This document shows positions 57,404 through 64,000 of a stretch of 64,000 bases of DNA, in pieces. Position 1 is the stretch's first letter. Every line of letters starts with the position of its first letter. The notes below the pieces were generated by a model, which was not told the DNA's origin, searched no databases, and was given only the letters and a program-made list of their open reading frames with translations. Source of the stretch: an uncultured Collinsella sp. (GTDB taxonomy: Bacteria > Actinomycetota > Coriobacteriia > Coriobacteriales > Coriobacteriaceae); NCBI GenBank assembly GCA_900759045.1, contig CAAETU010000048.1, positions 10,888 to 74,887 of the forward strand, in the 5' to 3' direction. Made by a program: the position numbers and the translations under genes.

Positions 57404-58188
57404 TCAAGATTAAGTCTGCAACGCAAATTGATCAGATGAAGAAGGCAGGAGCGCTATCTAAGATGGCGCTCCGCCACGTTGGAGCCATGGTTCGCCCCGG
57501 CGTGTCGACCTTCGAGCTCGATCAGCTTGCGGAGCAGATTATCCGCATGCATGGCGGCACCCCTGCCTTTAAGGGCTATGGCGGTTTCCCGGGGACCATT
57601 TGCGCATCGATCAACGATGCCGTGGTCCACGGTATTCCCAACCCCGACATGATCCTGCGTGATGGCGATATCATCTCCATCGATACGGGAGCTGTCGTTG
57701 ACGGTTGGGTTGGCGATAACGCCTGGACGTTTTTCGTCGGCACGCCCACGCCCGAGGCCAAGGCCCTGTGCGAGGTTACGCGCGATTGCCTAAAGGCTGC
57801 CATCGAGCAGGCTGTTCCCGGTAACCATATCGGGGACGTTGGCTATGCCGTTCAGTCTCTCGCCGAGTCTCACGGTTACGGCGTGCTTCGCGATTACGTG
57901 GGGCATGGTATCGGCCGTGTGATGCACGAGGACCCCAACGTTCCAAATTATGGAAAGAAGGGGAGAGGCGTTCGCCTTCAGGCTGGTATGGTCATCGCCA
58001 TCGAGCCGATGGTTACGATGGGTTCCAATCATGTGAGCACGGGCTCCGATGGTTGGATCGTAACGACCAACGATCACCTGCCCGCCGCGCACTACGAGAA
58101 CACCGTCGCCATTACCAATGACGGTCCGGTGATTCTTACCACGGATGCCCAGGGTTCCTGGTGTTCCTTGCAAGGTGGAGAAATGTAA
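57400..58188 (+). CDS. map: Methionine aminopeptidase type I
   Basis: VVHGIP, GHGIG, HEDP, AIEPM, AHYENT. Confidence 0.96.
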   Translation: MIKIKSATQIDQMKKAGALSKMALRHVGAMVRPGVSTFELDQLAEQIIRMHGGTPAFKGYGGFPGTICASINDAVVHGIPNPDMILRDGDIISIDTGAVVDGWVGDNAWTFFVGTPTPEAKALCEVTRDCLKAAIEQAVPGNHIGDVGYAVQSLAESHGYGVLRDYVGHGIGRVMHEDPNVPNYGKKGRGVRLQAGMVIAIEPMVTMGSNHVSTGSDGWIVTTNDHLPAAHYENTVAITNDGPVILTTDAQGSWCSLQGGEM

Positions 58189-58224
58189 CAAGTTCCACTT
58201 AGATGTGGAGCCATTACGAAGATA

Positions 58225-58253
58225 TTACGATACGTGCATGCGTATTGTAGAAT
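58225..58253 (+). promoter_or_regulatory. Putative infA/alpha-operon promoter TTACGA-N17-TAGAAT
   Basis: Hexamers at 58225-58230 and 58248-58253. Confidence 0.45.
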
Positions 58254-58292
58254 ACTCAATCGCTGTCGTTTTCTAGAGAAAGATGATTGCTT

Positions 58293-58511
58293 GTGAAGAA
58301 GGAAGACGCAATTGAGCTCGAGGGTACGGTAAAGGAGCCGCTGCCCAACGCCATGTTTAAGGTTGAGCTCGAGAACGGTCATTCGGTTCTGTGCAACATT
58401 TCTGGCAAGATCCGAATGAATTACATCCGCATTCTCCCCGGTGACAGGGTTGTCGTGGAGCTTTCCCCGTACGACCTGACCCGTGGTCGCATCACCTATC
58501 GCTATAAATAG
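58293..58511 (+). CDS. infA: Translation initiation factor IF-1
   Basis: [26 protein letters not shown]. Confidence 0.97.
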   Translation: MKKEDAIELEGTVKEPLPNAMFKVELENGHSVLCNISGKIRMNYIRILPGDRVVVELSPYDLTRGRITYRYK

Positions 58512-58658
58512 CGACACGCATACACGCTCTATTCCGACTGCAGGCTTAGCTCAACCTACGGTCGGTTTGCGTGTGAAGACCAGCCATAGTTTTAAACGCC
58601 TGCGGCTGGGCGAGTAGATAGTAGGGAAGTAGTTTGAGCGCTACCGAAAGGAAGAACG

Positions 58659-58772
58659 ATGAAGGTACGTCCTTCGGTCAAGAAGATGTGCGATAAGTGC
58701 AAAATCATTAGGCGCCATGGCAAGGTCCTCGTCATTTGCGAGAACCCCCGTCATAAGCAGCGTCAGGGTTAA
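58659..58772 (+). CDS. rpmJ: 50S ribosomal protein L36 (37 aa, below the ORF-track cutoff)
   Basis: Manual translation [37 protein letters not shown]. Confidence 0.97.
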   Translation: MKVRPSVKKMCDKCKIIRRHGKVLVICENPRHKQRQG

Positions 58773-58786
58773 GAGAGGAGACTACG

Positions 58787-59161
58787 TTGGCCCGTATTAA
58801 TGGTGTCGATCTCCCGCGTGAGAAGCGCGTTGAGATCGGTCTGACCTACATTTACGGCATCGGCCGCACCACTGCGACGAAGATCTGCGTCGAGTGCAAC
58901 GTTAACGTGGACACGCGCGTTAAGGACCTCACCGAGGATGAAGTTAACGCCATCCGCGATTATATCGATAAGAATCAGATCATGGTTGAGGGCGACCTCC
59001 GCCGTGAGCGCAACCAGAACGTCAAGCGCCTTATGGACATCGGCTGCAACCGCGGCCTTCGTCACCGCAAGGGCCTCCCGGTCCGCGGCCAGCGCACCCA
59101 CACTAACGCTCGTACCCGCAAGGGCCCGAAGCGTCAGATCGGTGCTAAGAAGAAGAAATAA
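58787..59161 (+). CDS. rpsM: 30S ribosomal protein S13
   Basis: [25 protein letters not shown]. Confidence 0.98.
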   Translation: MARINGVDLPREKRVEIGLTYIYGIGRTTATKICVECNVNVDTRVKDLTEDEVNAIRDYIDKNQIMVEGDLRRERNQNVKRLMDIGCNRGLRHRKGLPVRGQRTHTNARTRKGPKRQIGAKKKK

Positions 59162-59175
59162 GGAGCGCTAGATAG

Positions 59176-59580
59176 ATGGCTACTGCTAAGAAGAACGTTC
59201 GCGCTGCCCGTCTGAAGCGCGCGGACCGTAAGAACATTTCCGTGGGCCAGGCTCACATTCGTTCTACGTTCAACAACACGATCGTTTCGATCACCGATCC
59301 CCAGGGCAACGTCATTTCCTGGAAGTCGGCTGGCCAGGTGGGCTTCAAGGGCTCCCGTAAGTCCACGCCGTTCGCTGCCCAGATGGCTGCCGAGGCTGCT
59401 GCCAAGCAGGCCATGGAGCACGGTATGAAGAAGGTTTCCGTCTTCGTCAAGGGCCCCGGCTCCGGTCGTGAGACCGCCATCCGCTCCCTCCAGGCTGCTG
59501 GCCTCGAGGTCTCGAGCATCCAGGACAAGACCCCCATTCCGCACAATGGCTGCCGCCCCAAGAAGCGTCGCCGCGTGTAA
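59176..59580 (+). CDS. rpsK: 30S ribosomal protein S11
   Basis: TFNNT, KSTPFAA, PHNGCRP. Confidence 0.98.
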   Translation: MATAKKNVRAARLKRADRKNISVGQAHIRSTFNNTIVSITDPQGNVISWKSAGQVGFKGSRKSTPFAAQMAAEAAAKQAMEHGMKKVSVFVKGPGSGRETAIRSLQAAGLEVSSIQDKTPIPHNGCRPKKRRRV

Positions 59581-59599
59581 CTGAAAGGATCGTATCAAT

Positions 59600-60196
59600 A
59601 TGGCAATCGACAGGACTCCTGTTCTTAAGCGCTGCCGTCAGCTCGGGATCGATCCCGCTGAGCTCGGTTACAGCAGCAAGAAGGAATCTATCCGTCAGCC
59701 CAAGCGCCGTCGCAAGGAATCTGAGTACGGCATGCAGCTGCGTGAGAAGCAGAAGGTCAAGTTCATCTATGGCGTTCTGGAGAAGCAGTTCCACGGCTAC
59801 TTCAACAAGGCTCGTAAGATGAACGGCGTCACCGGTGAGAACCTCATGATCATCCTTGAGTCTCGCCTCGACAACGTCGTCTTCCGTCTTGGCTTCGCCC
59901 GTACCCGCAAAGAGGCTCGTCAGTCCGTCCGTCACGGTCACTTCACCGTGAACGGCAAGCGCGTGGACATCCCGTCCTACCGCGTCAAGGCCGGCGACGT
60001 CGTCGCTGTCGGCGAGAAGTTCCGTGACCTCCTCCCCATCAAGGAGGCCCTGATTTCCTCCGAGCGCTTTGAGGTCCCTGGCTGGCTCGAGGTCGATATC
60101 GAGAAGCTGTCTGGTAACGTGCTCGCTCTGCCGACGCGTGAGCAGATCAGCGGTGATATCAACGAGCAGCTCATCGTCGAGCTCTACTCTAAGTAG
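59600..60196 (+). CDS. rpsD: 30S ribosomal protein S4
   Basis: QLREKQK, LESRLDNVV, LIVELYSK. Confidence 0.98.
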   Translation: MAIDRTPVLKRCRQLGIDPAELGYSSKKESIRQPKRRRKESEYGMQLREKQKVKFIYGVLEKQFHGYFNKARKMNGVTGENLMIILESRLDNVVFRLGFARTRKEARQSVRHGHFTVNGKRVDIPSYRVKAGDVVAVGEKFRDLLPIKEALISSERFEVPGWLEVDIEKLSGNVLALPTREQISGDINEQLIVELYSK

Positions 60197-60228
60197 TCCA
60201 TCCGGGCTGCTGAGGCTGGAGGTAATAC

Positions 60229-61170
60229 ATGTCAGAATTCATTAGGCCTCAGGTTCAGGTCGAAGAGATCAACGAGACCTCTGCTCGTGTCTCCGTCGAG
60301 CCGCTCGAGCGTGGCTACGGCGATACGCTGGGTAACTCGCTTCGTCGTGTTCTTCTGTCCTCGCTCGAGGGTGCCGCCGTCGAGGCCATTCAGATCGATG
60401 GTGCGCAGCACGAGTTCATGACCATCCCTAACATGGTCGAGGATGTCACCGATATCGTCCTGAATGTCAAGGGTCTTGTCTTCAGGGCTCTCGGCACGAC
60501 CGACGAGGCGACCGCCACCATTTCGGTTGACGGCCCCTGCGAGGTCACCGGTGCGGACTTCTTTATTCCGTCCGAGTTTGAGCTGGTCAACCCCGACCAG
60601 CACATTGCTACGCTCACCGAGGGCGGCCATCTCACCATGAGCATGCGCATCGGCTGTGGCCGCGGCTATGTTTCTGGCGAGGCCAACAAGCGCGACAACG
60701 ATCCCATCGGTGTGATCCACGTCGACTCGCTGTACTCGCCGGTTTCCCGTTGCGCCAAGCTCGTTGAGGCTTGCCGTGTCGGTCAGCACACCGACTACGA
60801 CCGCCTTGTCCTCGAGATCGAGACCAACGGTTCCATCGCCCCGCGCGACGCCGTGGTCCAGGCTGCCAATATCATCAACCAGCATATGGCCGCCTTTATG
60901 AACCTTGCCGAGACCCCCGAGGTCGAGGAGGAGGCTTCGATCTTCGCTCCCGAGGTCACCAACGACAACGCCGAGCTGGACAAGCAGATCGAGGACCTGG
61001 ACCTTTCCGTCCGTTCCTACAACTGCCTTAAGCGCGCCAGCATTCACTCGGTCCGTCAGCTCGTTGAGTTCTCGGAGAACGATCTGCTCAACATCCGTAA
61101 CTTCGGTGTTAAGTCGATCGAGGAAGTGAAGGACAAGCTTGAGTCCATGGGCCTGAGCCTGAAGGCTTAA
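60229..61170 (+). CDS. rpoA: RNA polymerase alpha subunit
   Basis: EPLERGYGDTLGNSLRRVLLSS, LSVRSYNCLKR. Confidence 0.98.
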   Translation: MSEFIRPQVQVEEINETSARVSVEPLERGYGDTLGNSLRRVLLSSLEGAAVEAIQIDGAQHEFMTIPNMVEDVTDIVLNVKGLVFRALGTTDEATATISVDGPCEVTGADFFIPSEFELVNPDQHIATLTEGGHLTMSMRIGCGRGYVSGEANKRDNDPIGVIHVDSLYSPVSRCAKLVEACRVGQHTDYDRLVLEIETNGSIAPRDAVVQAANIINQHMAAFMNLAETPEVEEEASIFAPEVTNDNAELDKQIEDLDLSVRSYNCLKRASIHSVRQLVEFSENDLLNIRNFGVKSIEEVKDKLESMGLSLKA

Positions 61171-61200
61171 TGCTTCGCATATTTGAGGAGAAACTAGACC

Positions 61201-61668
61201 ATGCGTCACAACGTTAAGAAGGGCCTGAAGCTCGGCACCGATGCGAGCCACACCAAGGCCATGAAGAAGAGCCTTGCTAAGGCCCTCTTCGAGAACGACC
61301 GCATCAAGACCACCGAGACCCGCGCTAAGGCGCTGCGTTCGGTCGTCGATCCGATCATCACCTGGGCCAAGAAGGGCGACCTGCACTCTCGTCGTCTGGC
61401 TATCGCCAAGCTCGGCGATAAGCAGCTCGTTGCCGAGATCTTCGACAAGGCTGCTCAGGGCATGTGGCAGGACCGCAATGGCGGTTACACCCGCATCATG
61501 AAGCTCGGTAACCGTAAGGGCGACAACGCTCCCATCGTTATCATGGAGCTCGTCACCGAGCCTTGCACGCCCAAGGCCAAGAAGGCTGCTCCGGCCCCCA
61601 AGAAGGCCGCTGCTCCCAAGAAGGTCGAGGCTGTCGAGGAGGCTCCCGCTGAGGAGACCGCTGAGTAG
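61201..61668 (+). CDS. rplQ: 50S ribosomal protein L17
   Basis: IKTTETRAK, RNGGYTRI, RKGDNA. Confidence 0.98.
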   Translation: MRHNVKKGLKLGTDASHTKAMKKSLAKALFENDRIKTTETRAKALRSVVDPIITWAKKGDLHSRRLAIAKLGDKQLVAEIFDKAAQGMWQDRNGGYTRIMKLGNRKGDNAPIVIMELVTEPCTPKAKKAAPAPKKAAAPKKVEAVEEAPAEETAE

Positions 61669-61694
61669 ACATTCTGTCTGCATAGGCTATATTC

Positions 61695-61726
61695 GAGGGG
61701 TACGTTCGCGTACCCCTCTTTTTTTG
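61695..61726 (+). terminator. Intrinsic terminator after rplQ
   Basis: GAGGGGTACG-TTCG-CGTACCCCTC-TTTTTTT. Confidence 0.9.
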
Positions 61727-61760
61727 TCGCAATACCGTTGCTAGTTTGTTGGGAGCGCCC

Positions 61761-62585
61761 ATGACTGCGCCGTTTGATTTCGATTCGAACCCCGAGCTCG
61801 ACGCCACCCTTGTATTTCGTGTGGCCTACGATGGCTCCTCCTATAGCGGATTTGCCGAGCAGCCGGGCCAGACGACGGTTGCGGGTGAGTTGCGCCGTGC
61901 CATCGAGACGTTGCTGCGCCGCCCAATCGATCTGACGTGCGCTGGGCGTACCGATGCCGGTGTGCATGCGGTGGCCCAATACATCAGCGTGCCCGTAACG
62001 GACGCTGAGCTCGCCTTGACGCGCCGTAGGTGGCTGCGGGCTATGGATGCTCTGCTGCCCAAAGATATCGCCATAAACGAGGTCTACAGGGCCCGTAAAG
62101 GCTTTTCTGCTCGTTTTGACGCGCGTTCTCGCACGTACACCTATCGTATTGCCGACCGTGACGCGCGGCCCGTGCTGTCACGCGGTGCCGTGTGGTGGCA
62201 TCGCTATCCCCTCGACGTCGATGCGATGGCGGCCGCCTGCCCTGCGCTTTTGGGCGAGCAGGACTTTAAGAGCTTTTGCAAGGTCGCCTCTGCCGTGGGA
62301 AAGCCTACGCACCGTTGTGTAATGCGCGCCGAGTTTGGTCATGAGGTCGCCTTTGGCGAGAACATCCTCACGTTTACCATCGAGGGCAATGCGTTTTTAC
62401 ATTCGATGGTGCGAACCATTGTGGGTACCCTTGTCGAGATCGGCATGCATCGCCGCGATCCCGAGTGGATGCGCGAGGTAATTGATGCCTGCGATCGCTC
62501 CGCTGCTGGTCCTACGGCGCCCGCATGCGGTCTTACTTTTATGGGTGTGGACTACGACCCCACCGAGTTTGTGGTGCTCGATTAG
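61761..62585 (+). CDS. truA: tRNA pseudouridine(38-40) synthase
   Basis: YDGS, AGRTDAGVHA, FLHSMVR, TAPACGL. Confidence 0.96.
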   Translation: MTAPFDFDSNPELDATLVFRVAYDGSSYSGFAEQPGQTTVAGELRRAIETLLRRPIDLTCAGRTDAGVHAVAQYISVPVTDAELALTRRRWLRAMDALLPKDIAINEVYRARKGFSARFDARSRTYTYRIADRDARPVLSRGAVWWHRYPLDVDAMAAACPALLGEQDFKSFCKVASAVGKPTHRCVMRAEFGHEVAFGENILTFTIEGNAFLHSMVRTIVGTLVEIGMHRRDPEWMREVIDACDRSAAGPTAPACGLTFMGVDYDPTEFVVLD

Positions 62586-62704
62586 GGAAGTGGCTGCCTG
62601 ACGGCGATCTTTGTTTGCGGTGGCTGTGAGCGGGGCGTGTGCAACATCTGTTCTTGACGTGCATCGCGGCGGGCGACCGCCCGCATTAATTGACGGGGTG
62701 TACC

Positions 62705-63787
62705 ATGAACGGCAGTTTGTTACTAGCTGTCGAGAGGACGGAAAACTTGGTTCGACGTGGTTCGCATCCGCGACTTTCGGTGATCCTGATTGTTGAGGGC
62801 TCGCCCAGCTATACGATGCGCGCTCTCGAGAGCATCCAGAACCAAGACCTCTACGATTTGCAAATTGTCGTCGTTTGCCGCGATGCTGCGCCCGGTGTGC
62901 GCCATTCGCTTCAAGTTGCTGCCGACAGGGACATCCATATTGATTTGATTGACGTCGAGGACGCGAAGCGCGGCGCTTGTCTTCGTGCCGGTTTTGCTGC
63001 CTCGCGCGGCTCTCAAATCATCGCTATGAACGCCGATGAGTGGTTTGCTCCGCAGTCCCTTTCCAAGATGGTCAATATCGCGTGCGATACTACGGCAGAC
63101 ATAGTGCTCCCCACGGTGTCGCTCGACCGCTATGATGCACATCGAGAGCGCCATTCGCGCGTCTTGGATGCTGCTCATATTTCCATTGATAGCAAATCTT
63201 CGATGGTGGCCGGGCTGCCTCAGTTGATTTTAGGCGGCCTAGTCGTTCAGACCTCTGGTGTGATGTACAGCCGCTCGCTGTTTGAGGCATGCCTTTTGTG
63301 CGACAAGGTGTTTCGCACAGTTGGGTTTATGGCATGCGCGCTTTCGCAGACACGATGCGTGTCCGGCTGCGGCGATGCTTGTTTCCACACGGCGGCACCT
63401 AAACTTACAGATGCCTTTGATCCCACCATGTATGCCAAGGTATCCGATGGCACCCGAGCGCTCGACGAGCTTGCGGACTCACTCTCGGAAGCAGACAGCG
63501 GTGGTCGGCTCAAGCTGGCAAGCCAAAAGTTCTACTTTGCCGGACTGGTCGCCTGCATCGAGAATTTGTGTCTGAGCCCGCATGGGGTGTCCTCAATCGA
63601 GCGTTCCGCCCGCATGCGTGATATGCTCGATGCGCCTCGAACCCGTCAGATGGTCGCCGCGCTCAAGGATAACCATCGGGGGCTCGGTCTGTTGTTTGGG
63701 CCGATTGCCAGCGCCAAGCCCGCGCGCTGCGTGATGTGTACGCATCTGGCAGCTTTTCTTAACCGGACGGGCGCAAAAACCGCCTAA
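62705..63787 (+). CDS. Divergent glycosyltransferase family 2-like protein
   Basis: LSVIL...ALESIQNQ...LQIVVV, ASRG, MNADEW in place of DxDD; start uncertain. Confidence 0.6.
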   Translation: MNGSLLLAVERTENLVRRGSHPRLSVILIVEGSPSYTMRALESIQNQDLYDLQIVVVCRDAAPGVRHSLQVAADRDIHIDLIDVEDAKRGACLRAGFAASRGSQIIAMNADEWFAPQSLSKMVNIACDTTADIVLPTVSLDRYDAHRERHSRVLDAAHISIDSKSSMVAGLPQLILGGLVVQTSGVMYSRSLFEACLLCDKVFRTVGFMACALSQTRCVSGCGDACFHTAAPKLTDAFDPTMYAKVSDGTRALDELADSLSEADSGGRLKLASQKFYFAGLVACIENLCLSPHGVSSIERSARMRDMLDAPRTRQMVAALKDNHRGLGLLFGPIASAKPARCVMCTHLAAFLNRTGAKTA

Positions 63788-63919
63788 ACGGCTCATTTCG
63801 AAACAAACTTGCATAGAATTGTTTCGAAATGCGTTCTTATACACAAAAGCCTTCAAATAGCGTTAAACTATTCAATCACTGATTGATTGTCTCCGCCATC
63901 TTTTGGAGAGAGGGTTTGT

Positions 63920-64000
63920 ATGGCTAAAAAACGCAATGGGCGCCAGGATGCCATTAGAGATATTGTGCGCAATAAGGATGTCCGCACGCAGCGCGTGCTG
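63920..64000 (+). CDS. argR: Arginine repressor, 5' part
   Basis: MAKKRNGRQDAIRDIVRNKDVRTQ.. matches the ArgR N-terminal wHTH pattern (RQ..I..I......TQ). Confidence 0.75.
   Translation, partial: MAKKRNGRQDAIRDIVRNKDVRTQRVL

Noticed and set aside
63805..63890. ARG boxes upstream of argR
   Set aside because: Only weak matches (TGCATAGAATT, TGCGTTCTTATACA); too degenerate to call without a profile search.

Overview
A high-GC chromosomal segment from a gut actinobacterium, most consistent with Collinsella/Coriobacteriia (inferred from gene content and protein style, not from a search). The S10-spc-alpha ribosomal superoperon is split. rplC..rplX (0.8-6.6 kb) has no rpsJ in front and ends in a terminator. 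rplE..rplQ-truA resumes at 51.9 kb with its own leader. The ~45 kb between them holds: (i) a Gfo/Idh/MocA + DeoR pair, an RluA-family synthase and an RlhA-like U32 protein; (ii) an anaerobic purine/uric-acid catabolic cluster with a selenium-dependent molybdenum hydroxylase, in two halves (ridA, YheO regulator, NCS2 permease, ssnA, ygfK, ferredoxin, xdh // YheO regulator, dpaL, ygeY, ygeW, arcC, mocA-like, hydA, yqeC, yqeB, xdhC); (iii) between the halves, a defence-type island with an AbiEi/DUF559-like nuclease, an ATPase-wHTH-PD-(D/E)XK protein, a DEDDh exonuclease, an invertible type I R-M shufflon (hsdR, hsdM, hsdS, tyrosine recombinase, silent inverted hsdS) and a GmrSD-like nuclease. The main unexplained signal is three arrays of 48-bp palindromes at ~62-bp period that bracket the two nuclease-domain genes. 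At least five other intergenic palindromic or periodic repeat families are also present. The window ends with a degenerate GT2 protein and the start of argR.
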